Part shown: positions 1-8,433 of the stretch, piece after piece
Layout of the letters: each line of letters starts with the position of its first letter
How positions within the stretch are numbered: the first letter of the stretch is position 1
From: a virus
Lineage: Duplodnaviria; Caudoviricetes
DNA: 60,985 nt
IMG/VR virus record: IMGVR_UViG_3300048996_000173
Location: 1-60,985 of that record
Direction: 5' to 3' (one strand)
Translations under genes and position numbers: made by a program
Notes under the pieces: generated by a model
Databases searched by the model: none
What the model was told of the DNA's origin: nothing
The model's input: the letters and a program-made list of their open reading frames with translations, nothing else

Positions 1-58
1 CCACCACGCGCCGTGGTTCTGTTGGTTCTGGTCCCCCCAAAACCCGCCCCCCCCCCCC

Positions 59-892
59 CACTTCTGTGCGTGGCATCGCATCGACCGACTGCTGATCGAC
101 GACCAGATCGCCGAGGCCAAAGCGCGCCGCGAGCTCATGCTCAAGACTCACGAAGTTCGCGCGCGCGTCCCGGAGGCGCAGTGGCCGGCCGGACGTCGCT
201 TCTGCTCGGGCTGCCAGTTCATGGTCCCGAAGTGGTATACCGACGACTCGAAGTGCCGGGCCTGCGCCAGTGAGTCGCGGTACGGCGCGCACATCCTCGA
301 GACCTACGGCATCACGTACGACTTCTACCTCGCGCTCTACCAGTTCCAGGGCGGCCGCTGCTACATCTGCCGGAAGGTCCCCAAGACCCGCCGGCTCGCG
401 GTCGACCACGATCACTCGCTCTTCGGTCCGGACTCGGTCCGCGGACTGCTCTGCTCCGGCGAGCGATCCTGCAACCACGACATCCTGGGCAACATCACCG
501 GGATTGAGATGGCGCAGCGCATCGTGATCTACCTCGGCGACCCGCCGGCCAGAGCCATGCGCGAGGGCCGAGATCTCCCGGACGAGGTCGCGACCGCCGG
601 CGCCTCGATGCTCGGCGGCAAGGCGCGCACCGTACGCCCGGCAGAGCAGGCGGCTGGCCAGCTCGAGGTCATGCAGAAGATGGCCGCCCAGTCGATCGAG
701 GCCCGAGCTCGGCGAGCTCGCGACCGGGAGTACAGCGACGGCGACTTCTGGCGGTTCCCGAAGGACCACGATGGCCCGCTCGACATCTTCCACGCCGTAC
801 CCGATGCGCTCGACCCGAAGGCCTGGGAGAAGCGCCTGGAGCTGGCCAGGACACGCGAAGACGAGATCGCCGCGGCGCGCGCACGAGGCTAG
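59..892 (+). CDS. Recombination endonuclease VII family protein (5' part probably at 60938-60985, across the window edge)
   Basis: EndoVII motif set YGIT...QGGRCYIC...LAVDHDH...VRGLLC...CN. The frame is open upstream of ATG 137 (HFCAWHRIDRLL...). Confidence 0.8.
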   Translation, partial: HFCAWHRIDRLLIDDQIAEAKARRELMLKTHEVRARVPEAQWPAGRRFCSGCQFMVPKWYTDDSKCRACASESRYGAHILETYGITYDFYLALYQFQGGRCYICRKVPKTRRLAVDHDHSLFGPDSVRGLLCSGERSCNHDILGNITGIEMAQRIVIYLGDPPARAMREGRDLPDEVATAGASMLGGKARTVRPAEQAAGQLEVMQKMAAQSIEARARRARDREYSDGDFWRFPKDHDGPLDIFHAVPDALDPKAWEKRLELARTREDEIAAARARG

Positions 893-910
893 GCCCTCCT
901 GGACGAACAG

Positions 911-943
911 AAGCCCCGGGTCCCTCAGGACCCGGGGCTCTCT
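911..943. terminator. Hairpin between convergent genes, probably a bidirectional terminator
   Basis: GCCCCGGGTCC-ctca-GGACCCGGGGC, an 11-bp perfect stem where the two arms converge. Confidence 0.75.
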
Positions 944-970
944 CGTGCCCTTAGAACGGCTCTCAGGGCC

Positions 971-1144
971 TCAGAACTTCCCGCTCTTGATCTGCAGCCA
1001 GTAGAGATCGTGCTTCTGGTTGCCCAGGATCCCCGTGCGGGTCGTCGACTTGCAGACGTACTGGGCGCCGCACCCGCCGCACTTCCACCGGCGGCCGAGC
1101 TTCTTCTTCACCAGGTAGGTCCGGCAGGTGTGACCGTCCTTCAC
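971..1144 (-). CDS. Small basic Cys-rich protein (57 aa), not in the ORF track
   Basis: GTGA overlap with the upstream stop. Translation MKDGHTCRTYLVKKKLGRRWKCGGCGAQYVC...SGKF with GC3-rich codons. Confidence 0.6.
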   Translation of the reverse strand: MKDGHTCRTYLVKKKLGRRWKCGGCGAQYVCKSTTRTGILGNQKHDLYWLQIKSGKF

Positions 1145-2280
1145 AGCCGGGCCGCCAGTCCGCGCGTTGCCCGGAGCTGCTCCTGGACGTACTTGAAGAC
1201 GACGTGCGCCGGGTCGGTGTGCCAGACCGGGGTCTTGGCGTTGTCGGCCCAGAAGCCCACCCAGGCGATGCCGGCAGACCGGAACAGGTCGGAGGAGTCC
1301 TTGTAGACCTTGAGCAGTCCAGCGGCATCGCTGCCCACCTGGTCGGCGCCGAACTCGACGACCGCGCTGCGCAGCCCGAAGTCCTGCTTGATGGCCTCGG
1401 CACGCTGGAGGAACCCGCCGAGCACGTTGGCCGCGGTCTCATAGCCAGTCGAGCTCAGCCACGCCTCGTTGTAGATGTCCTCGGAGTAGTAGTGGATCGC
1501 CGAGGAGATCGGGTCGAGGTAGGTCTTGTAGTTGAAGCCGGCGTGCTCGATCTGGTAGTGGTTGAAGTTGGCCACCAGTCGGATCTTGTCCTTGTTCGGC
1601 GACTCGTCGTACGCCTGGTGGACGGTGTTCCACTGGGCAGTCCAGGCGGCGACCGACATGTCGGCCGGCTTGATCTCGTGGTTGAAGATGAACATGAACA
1701 GCGCGTAGTCGCGGACCCGGGGATGGTCGAACAGCGCCTTCATCTCGGCCAGGCTGACCGAGCCCTTCTTGCTGCACAGGATCGCGTCACCCTTGCGCTG
1801 CGCGGCGAAGGCGGCCGCAGTCGGGCTGAGCGTCCAGCTCAGCGTCTGCCCCGGCGAGGCGAAGACTCCGCGGGCGATGTTGAACGCCGGCGCCGGGGCG
1901 GCCGCGTCGGCGAAGAGGGCCTGCTTGGCTGCAGCGTCGGCCGCCCAGTTGCTCCCCGGCGCCGGGGAGGCGTCCAGGCTGAAGATCGTCGGAGGCGGAG
2001 TGTCGTCCTGCTCACCCTCGAGTTCGGCGATGCGAGCCTGCAGTTGATCCACCTCTTCGCCGAGCTCGTCGATGGTGGCATTGCGCTCCTGGATCGCCGC
2101 CAGGTCGGTGGCATGCTGAGCCTGGAGTCCTTGGTTCTGCTGGACCAGCTGGTCGCGGTACGTCGTCAGGGCGACGACCTGCGCCTGCAGCGGGGACGTC
2201 GCGTCAGCGATCGCCTTGGTGACGTAGTCCTGGACCAGCATGTCGTACGCGGTCCGGAGGTTGAGTCCGTGGTCTGCCAT
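1141..2280 (-). CDS. N-terminal coiled coil plus GH26-like (clan GH-A) glycoside hydrolase
   Basis: Heptad-rich N-terminus. FNHE (acid/base), EDIYN and VVEFG (nucleophile) motifs. Start at MADHGL, 6 nt after TACGCT. Confidence 0.6.
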   Translation of the reverse strand: MADHGLNLRTAYDMLVQDYVTKAIADATSPLQAQVVALTTYRDQLVQQNQGLQAQHATDLAAIQERNATIDELGEEVDQLQARIAELEGEQDDTPPPTIFSLDASPAPGSNWAADAAAKQALFADAAAPAPAFNIARGVFASPGQTLSWTLSPTAAAFAAQRKGDAILCSKKGSVSLAEMKALFDHPRVRDYALFMFIFNHEIKPADMSVAAWTAQWNTVHQAYDESPNKDKIRLVANFNHYQIEHAGFNYKTYLDPISSAIHYYSEDIYNEAWLSSTGYETAANVLGGFLQRAEAIKQDFGLRSAVVEFGADQVGSDAAGLLKVYKDSSDLFRSAGIAWVGFWADNAKTPVWHTDPAHVVFKYVQEQLRATRGLAARL

Positions 2281-2292
2281 CTGCCCAGCGTA

Positions 2293-2329
2293 CGAAAGAG
2301 CCCCGCCAGCCACAAGGGCTGACGGGGCT
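2293..2329 (-). terminator. Intrinsic terminator after the holin
   Basis: Stem AGCCCCGCCAGCC/GGCTGACGGGGCT followed by CTTTCG on the minus strand. Confidence 0.65.
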
Positions 2330-2344
2330 TCAAACGACTGATGC

Positions 2345-2725
2345 TCAGGCGACCCGGCGGAGCTGGACGCTGGTGAACGCCTCGTTGTGGAGGCCCGGGT
2401 TCTCCGCAGCCTCGGTGGTCTGGCGCAGGAAGCCGGCCAGGGCGAGCTGCAGGGCCGAGATGATGGCCGCCTGGAGAGCGACGTCGATGTCCGCGCCGAA
2501 GCCGACCAGCAGCGCCAGGACGGCCTGGGCCGCGCCGACGACAACCGCCGTCTGGACCTTCTTGGTGTAGATGGCGGTGACCAGAGCGAACGCTGCGCCG
2601 GCGGCCGCCTGGATCAGGGTGGACCGGACGTCGTCCAGGCCGAACGTGCCGAGGACGACCAGGACGCCGAGGACGCCCTGGAGAACGCCGGCAAACGCGG
2701 CCGGCTCGTAACCGAAGATCTTCAC
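2345..2725 (-). CDS. Holin
   Basis: Four hydrophobic segments, a KIFGYEPA start typical of actinophage holins, and position downstream of the endolysin. Confidence 0.7.
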   Translation of the reverse strand: MKIFGYEPAAFAGVLQGVLGVLVVLGTFGLDDVRSTLIQAAAGAAFALVTAIYTKKVQTAVVVGAAQAVLALLVGFGADIDVALQAAIISALQLALAGFLRQTTEAAENPGLHNEAFTSVQLRRVA

Positions 2726-2734
2726 GTGATGCTC

Positions 2735-3382
2735 CTACTCGGTGATGAGGTTGAAGTCGTTGAGCCGGAAGGTCCGCTCCGCGCCGGCGGTGTTCGCGAT
2801 CTCGACGCCGTACTCGACGGCCGAGACCTTGTCGCTCCCCTTCAGCCAGCCCTTGCCGACCAGCCAATCCAGGACCGCGAGTACATCCAGGCGACCGACG
2901 GGGGTGGGCTTCTCCATCGCCAGGGCGATGTATGACCCACCGACGTGCGATTGGCGCCGCCAGGCAGTGAAGGCGTGCCCATCGATCGTGACCTTGTCGG
3001 ACTCCGCGGCGTTGCGGGGCGGGATGACGCCGTTGTAGCGCTCGTGCGTCCAGATCATGACCTCGGCGGTCGAGCGACTGCCGAACCCGTTGACCCAGAT
3101 GTCGAACGCCCAGTCCCACTCACCGACCGTAAGCTGGTTGGCATCCCAGCTCGCCCGGATCTTGCTGAGCGAGTCGATCGTGCGGTCGAGGTTCTTCTGC
3201 GTGCACGGGTACGACTTGATCGAGCCCGCTGGGACGTCCGCGCGCGAGTGATTCCCGACGACATCCCAGCGGCCCGGCCCCCAGGCGAACATCGTCTGCG
3301 AGCCGGCCTCCTTCTGGTTGTGGACGTTGTTGTTGACGAGGAACCCGTCAACCGACCACTGGGAGAGCGGCTCGCTCAGGCT
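2735..3382 (-). CDS. GH12 (endo-beta-1,4-glucanase-like) domain, probably reached by -1 frameshift from the endolysin (alternative ATG at 3292)
   Basis: Motifs FLVNNNVHN, KSYP, AFDIW, EVMIW (nucleophile) and YGVE (acid/base). The N-terminal NN motif lies upstream of the first ATG. Confidence 0.75.
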   Translation of the reverse strand, partial: SLSEPLSQWSVDGFLVNNNVHNQKEAGSQTMFAWGPGRWDVVGNHSRADVPAGSIKSYPCTQKNLDRTIDSLSKIRASWDANQLTVGEWDWAFDIWVNGFGSRSTAEVMIWTHERYNGVIPPRNAAESDKVTIDGHAFTAWRRQSHVGGSYIALAMEKPTPVGRLDVLAVLDWLVGKGWLKGSDKVSAVEYGVEIANTAGAERTFRLNDFNLITE

Positions 3383-4347
3383 TTTGGGGCCGGGACCGGC
3401 ACGTCCTCGTCGGGCGCAAGCAGGTCCAGCTTCGCCTGCGCGGTCTTCAGGGCGGCCTCGAGTCGGGTGACGGCGTCCTGGGTCTGGGCCCAGCGCGCGC
3501 CAGTCAGCTTGTCGAGGTTGTCGTCCTCGGCCTCGTTCTCGACGACGAGCTTGGTCAGGTCGGCGATCGCGGCCAGCGCGGCGCGGTTCTGCGCACGAGC
3601 CTCCTCGACCTCCTGGGCCCAGCGGCCACTGGCGATTTCGTGGAGGGCGTCGAGCTTGCCGCCCAGGACGGTGATGACGCGGTCTGCTTCAGCCACGGTG
3701 AGTTCTCCTTCAGGGTGTTGGGTGGCGGGCGGCGGGGTGCCACCGTTGACTGCCTTGATCATGGCGTCGACGTCGCGCCGAGCCTTGTCCATCGCGGTCT
3801 TGCCCGGGTCGTCCTTGCGGCGAGTGTGCTCCCGGTGACCGATGACGCTTCCGCCGGTCCAGCCGTAGAAGTCGCAGACCGCCGCGGTGGCCCGGACTGC
3901 GGTGTCGTAGGCCTTGGCGGTCATCGGCTGACCACCGTCGTACTTGACCTCGAATCCGAAGTACTGAGCGTTGCCGTCCAGCACGTCGGAACCGGGGTTG
4001 ATCTCGCCGGTTCGCGGCGCCTTGTCGGCTCTGACGAGAGTGAGGGCGGCCTGGGCGCCCTTGCCGGCGTGGTTCGCCCGGCCGGTCGTGCCCAGGATGA
4101 AGTCGCCGTCCATCTCGATCGTGGCCTGGCACAGCGCGCCGGGAATGCCTTCACTCTCCCGGCCGTCCCAGAACAGGAAGCGGTCGTACGACGTCGAGTT
4201 CTGGCCGCCGTCGCTGCCGGTGTGGTGCCACACGACGCCGACGGGGGAGAAGGCGCCCGGACGCGAACGGCCCGGGTACTTCTTCATGGTCACGCCGAAC
4301 TTGCGCAGCTGGCTTTGCCACTGCGCCTCGGTCATCGGTACGGCCAC
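3376..4347 (-). CDS. Endolysin, N-acetylmuramoyl-L-alanine amidase
   Basis: Amidase_2 motifs VWHHTG, RANHAG, GFEV, IGHRE and KDDPG. AAGGAG ribosome-binding site (RBS) before the GTG. Confidence 0.9.
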   Translation of the reverse strand: MAVPMTEAQWQSQLRKFGVTMKKYPGRSRPGAFSPVGVVWHHTGSDGGQNSTSYDRFLFWDGRESEGIPGALCQATIEMDGDFILGTTGRANHAGKGAQAALTLVRADKAPRTGEINPGSDVLDGNAQYFGFEVKYDGGQPMTAKAYDTAVRATAAVCDFYGWTGGSVIGHREHTRRKDDPGKTAMDKARRDVDAMIKAVNGGTPPPATQHPEGELTVAEADRVITVLGGKLDALHEIASGRWAQEVEEARAQNRAALAAIADLTKLVVENEAEDDNLDKLTGARWAQTQDAVTRLEAALKTAQAKLDLLAPDEDVPVPAPKA

Positions 4348-4414
4348 GGAGGACTCCTTCTGGTGGCGGACAGGTGGGATCAACCTCCAGCCTAACTCGG
4401 CCGCGGAGGAAAAA

Positions 4415-4774
4415 CTAGACAGATGGGGGGCTGGGATCGAGGAGATCCTTCAGCGGCGGCGGCTTCGGAAGGTTGATCCCCTGAGCCGTCAGCGCCTCGT
4501 ACGCCTGCTGGTCCCAGTAGGCGTGGACGGCGATGATGGTGTCCTGCCGGCTGAGGTGACGCTGAGTCATCTCGTCACGCTGGATGAGCATTGCCTCGCG
4601 GGCCAGGATGCGCTGGTTCTCGGACTCCAGGCGCTCGACGACGCCGGACGCTGCCTTGGCAATGACCTCAGTGGCCTCGGCCGACAGCTTCCGCTTGTTG
4701 AACAGACCGGTAACCAGGGCCGTGAGGATCATCCCGATACCGAGGGCTCCGAGGAGCTGAAGGGCTGCGTTCAC
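4415..4774 (-). CDS. Membrane-anchored coiled-coil protein of the lysis cassette
   Basis: N-terminal transmembrane (TM) segment, helical middle and Pro-rich end. Confidence 0.65.
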   Translation of the reverse strand: MNAALQLLGALGIGMILTALVTGLFNKRKLSAEATEVIAKAASGVVERLESENQRILAREAMLIQRDEMTQRHLSRQDTIIAVHAYWDQQAYEALTAQGINLPKPPPLKDLLDPSPPSV

Positions 4775-5313
4775 TCGTCGATTCCCATCCGCTTGCGGAC
4801 CTCGCGAACGATGTCCTGCTGCTCTTGAGCGTCACGCTCGTGCTTGACCGCCTGGACCGCCCGCTCCGCTTCATTGAGCAGGGCCTGGAGCTGTCCCCAG
4901 CGCCAGAAGCAGGAGATCCCCCAGCCGATGGTGATGGCCGCGGGGAACGATGCCGTCACTCCAACGACGAGGAGTACGGTGGCGCCGTAGAAGATGGCCG
5001 ACACGCCGACGCAGATCGATCCGATTTGCTCGGCCAGGATGCCGTTGACGGTCTGGCGGAACATGCCGAACAGGCAGGTGGCCGAGCCGACGGCGAGCGA
5101 CAGGCCCCAGGCGATGACCATCCAGTGGTCGAGCTGAGACTCGATCGTGCCAGGGGCGGCGTTGGCGAAGATCAGCGGGATGCCGGCCAGCGCACAGAGC
5201 GCGAGGACGAAGATCGCACGAGGATCAGCAGGATAGCGCGCGGCCGGCCGCATCACGACCTTGATGACTCGTTGCATCGTCCCTCGCAGTATCTTCTTGA
5301 TCATGGCCTTCAC
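4771..5313 (-). CDS. Four-TM membrane protein (holin-like or lysis accessory)
   Basis: Four hydrophobic helices, located between the tail fibre and the endolysin. Confidence 0.65.
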   Translation of the reverse strand: MKAMIKKILRGTMQRVIKVVMRPAARYPADPRAIFVLALCALAGIPLIFANAAPGTIESQLDHWMVIAWGLSLAVGSATCLFGMFRQTVNGILAEQIGSICVGVSAIFYGATVLLVVGVTASFPAAITIGWGISCFWRWGQLQALLNEAERAVQAVKHERDAQEQQDIVREVRKRMGIDE

Positions 5314-5387
5314 GGTGGAGATTCCCCCAGTCCTCCCCCGAGGTTTGGTTGACAAAGCCAAGCATACTCGGGGGAGGTTGCGCAGAG

Positions 5388-8300
5388 CTACGAGATCCTA
5401 GTCGCTCGCAGGTAAGAGTCAGCGTTCAGGATCAGACCGGTTGCGTTCGCCGTGTTCTGCGCCCAGTTGAGCGTGACAGTACCGAAGGTGGCGCTGGTCT
5501 TGACGATCGCCTGGAACGGGATGAAGGTCGGAATCAAGGTTGCCGTCACCTGGCCACCAACGCCGAAGGTGAGCGTGCTGGCGGCCGACCCGATGACACC
5601 GCGCCAGGTGGTCGGCGCCTCGGCTGCCGCGTCCGTGATTGCCAGTGTCGGGCCAGGCCCGAAGCCCGTCCAGCTGAACCCGGACGGGCCGGAGAACCCG
5701 ACCTTCGCATCGATCGCCGCGGTGTTGTTGGCGGTGAGCCGGAAGATCAGCATCATCTCGACGAGGTAGGTGGCATTCGCCTCGACGTTCCAGAACAATG
5801 CGGTGTCCGGGGTGATCGTGGTGTTGTTGGTCACCGTCTGGTTCGACGGCTTGACCTTCCAGATCGGTCCCCAGAAGCGATTCACGCCAGTAGGCAGAGA
5901 CTGCTCGAACGTCACTCCACGCATGAGGCCGTCGGCATCGATCCGCATGGTGCTGTTGACGTTGCGGAACATCGCCGGCGTGGCCGCAGGGAACGTATTT
6001 GTCACCGGCGCCGCGGTCGTCGTTGCCAGCGTCGTGAGCGTGAACGCCCGGGGTACGTCGTCGTACTCGACCTGACCCTGGTAGTACATGGCCGTGTCGG
6101 CTGGCTGCGTGGCTCCGCGGCCCATGTAGAGCCGAGTATGGCTCGGCGTCGAGCCGCCGGAGTACGGGATGTCCGGCGAGATGTAGCGCAACTTCGCGCG
6201 CCGACGCATCTGGAACGACTTCTTCGCGCCGAGAGTGGTCTCGTAGCCAGCCGAGCTCGAGCGGAACGTGATGCCGCCCCACCAGGTGGAAAGCCCCGTC
6301 GGCGTGTTGAAGCCCGGATCCCAGACCTCGCTAGTGTGCTTGTAGAGGAATCCGTCGCCGCCGAGCGTCCAGAAGCACTGATTGTTTGAGTCCCACGCCA
6401 TGCCGCGGCGGTTGCTGGTGGGCGACTCCCACGACTCGACATTGCGATCGTTCGCCGTCCACCCGCCCGAGCTGCCTGGGTACAAGATGTTGTCGACAGC
6501 TCGGTATACCAGGCGTGCGGCGTACGCCACGCCACGCTCGGCCGTCGCGTAACGGTGGGTAGCGCCGCCACCGATCCGGTCGAAGCCGCCGGTGCCACCC
6601 TTGGTGTCGTACTGGATGGCGCACAGCGAAGTGCCGTACGAGTTGTTGACCGAGCTGTAGCTGGCATACGGCGCTGGCAGGAACGGGATCGCACCGCCGG
6701 ATGCGTACGCCGTGATGTTGTGGTAGTTGATCTTCAGCTGGGTGCCGACCACCTCGGCGACGAACAGCTCGGTGCCGTTGGTGCCCAGCGCTGGCGTGCC
6801 GGCCGGATTCAGCGGAGTGTAGCGCTGGAAGTTGGCGCCGGTGGTCCCGACCGGGCAGCTGATGTACCAGTCGCTCGAACCGCCCACGAAGCGGAATAGG
6901 TTGTAGACGCCAGCCTTCGGGCCGGTCGGGATCGAGATAGTGGACCAGATCTGCCAGTCAACGTAGTCGTTGAAATAGACGCCCGTGCCGTACCGGTCCT
7001 TCGGGGCGCCGTTGATGTCGAAGAACCAAGCGCGCGAGCCGTTGGGGCGAGCCTGGAAGACGATCCAGGTTCCCCCGGAACCCTCGGTCGGCTTAAACTC
7101 CAGCCAGGTGGCGTCTCCGGGCGCGAAGTCGAACGGGCCACCGGGCAGCACTCCGGTCTTCTGAGCTGGCGTCAGGCTGGCCGTACTGAACTGGATCTTG
7201 TCGTAGTCGATCTCGAACTGCGGACTGGCTGACGGCGAAGCGATCCCGTTTTGCAGGATCATCGCGGCGTCGGCGGTCATCTCATTCGTGGCGGACTGAA
7301 TCGACATGCCACCGAGCACGGTGGCCCGGCGTACGACGAGCTCGCCGTCGAACAGCGCCTCGGTGCCGTCCGTCGGGAAGTTGATCATCAGCGAACCGTC
7401 GGACTTGTAGCCCTTGATGCCGACCGTGCCGAACTCGACGCGCTGGCCCTCGGTGGCCGTCTTGAAGACGCTGGCCAGGATCACCTCGGCGGAGAACAGC
7501 TCGCCGGTGAGCGTGCCCAGCTGTACATGCTCGGCGACGATGGTGTTGGCGAGAATCTGCACGCCCTCGACGCGGAAAATCGCGACAACGGCCTGCAGGC
7601 TCTGCGCGGCGGCACCGTCGTCGTCCTTTGCGATGATGCGGGCGTAGTACGTCGTGTCGTACTGGAGGGCGTAGGGATCGGCGTCGCCCGGGGCCGGCTC
7701 GGGGCCAGGCAGGCGCTTCACCGTGAACTGAGTGCCCTCGGTTTCGCCAAGGTAAGTAGTCGAGTCCGCGGTGAAACCTAGCGTGTCACTGACGTGGATC
7801 TCGTACTTGACCGGGTCAGCGTTGGTGATCGCCGTCCAACGAAGGACGGCGTTGTCGATGCCGGACATTGCGAACGGGTCAGGGGAGCTGGCGGGTGCGA
7901 AGCCATCCGAGCTGACGATGACCGGCCAGCTGTCAGCCTCCGTGGCGACCGAGCTCGGCGAGACGACGCCGGCAACCGTCCACGTGACCAGCTTGACGTA
8001 GTAGGTGCCCGGGGCGAGGCCGACGATCTGCTCGCCGCCGGTGGCCGCCACGAACGAGGCGACCCGGTTGCTGTGGTCCGGAGTGAATCCGGCCGTGGCG
8101 CCGATGTGGGCGTCGACGCGCAGGAAGTCCATCGGCAGGATGCCGCCGCTGGCGAACAGGCCGTTCCAGCGGACGATCAGCGCCTCGGTGGCGTCGTCGA
8201 CGACGGCGGCCAGCGGAGTCGGCGGAGTCGGGCCGTTCTGAGCCGTGGCGTTGTAGGTGCCATCCCACTGCCGGCCGATCGTCATGACCTGGCTATCACC

Positions 8301-8429
8301 GGCGTACGCCGACAGGGCGCCGTCCTCGATGGCGGAGTATGCCAGCTGCGCGTTGGAGCCGAGTGCGCTGACGTTCCGCTCGACGGCGGCGAGTCGGCGC
8401 GCGAGGGTGAGCAGCCTCTGATCGGTCAT
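5388..8429 (-). CDS. Minor tail protein / central fibre, candidate receptor-binding protein
   Basis: 1013 aa with an N-terminal RRLAAVER helix, FN3-like segments and beta-rich C-terminal domains. Last gene of the tail module. Confidence 0.8.
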   Translation of the reverse strand: MTDQRLLTLARRLAAVERNVSALGSNAQLAYSAIEDGALSAYAGDSQVMTIGRQWDGTYNATAQNGPTPPTPLAAVVDDATEALIVRWNGLFASGGILPMDFLRVDAHIGATAGFTPDHSNRVASFVAATGGEQIVGLAPGTYYVKLVTWTVAGVVSPSSVATEADSWPVIVSSDGFAPASSPDPFAMSGIDNAVLRWTAITNADPVKYEIHVSDTLGFTADSTTYLGETEGTQFTVKRLPGPEPAPGDADPYALQYDTTYYARIIAKDDDGAAAQSLQAVVAIFRVEGVQILANTIVAEHVQLGTLTGELFSAEVILASVFKTATEGQRVEFGTVGIKGYKSDGSLMINFPTDGTEALFDGELVVRRATVLGGMSIQSATNEMTADAAMILQNGIASPSASPQFEIDYDKIQFSTASLTPAQKTGVLPGGPFDFAPGDATWLEFKPTEGSGGTWIVFQARPNGSRAWFFDINGAPKDRYGTGVYFNDYVDWQIWSTISIPTGPKAGVYNLFRFVGGSSDWYISCPVGTTGANFQRYTPLNPAGTPALGTNGTELFVAEVVGTQLKINYHNITAYASGGAIPFLPAPYASYSSVNNSYGTSLCAIQYDTKGGTGGFDRIGGGATHRYATAERGVAYAARLVYRAVDNILYPGSSGGWTANDRNVESWESPTSNRRGMAWDSNNQCFWTLGGDGFLYKHTSEVWDPGFNTPTGLSTWWGGITFRSSSAGYETTLGAKKSFQMRRRAKLRYISPDIPYSGGSTPSHTRLYMGRGATQPADTAMYYQGQVEYDDVPRAFTLTTLATTTAAPVTNTFPAATPAMFRNVNSTMRIDADGLMRGVTFEQSLPTGVNRFWGPIWKVKPSNQTVTNNTTITPDTALFWNVEANATYLVEMMLIFRLTANNTAAIDAKVGFSGPSGFSWTGFGPGPTLAITDAAAEAPTTWRGVIGSAASTLTFGVGGQVTATLIPTFIPFQAIVKTSATFGTVTLNWAQNTANATGLILNADSYLRATRIS

Positions 8430-8433
8430 AACC

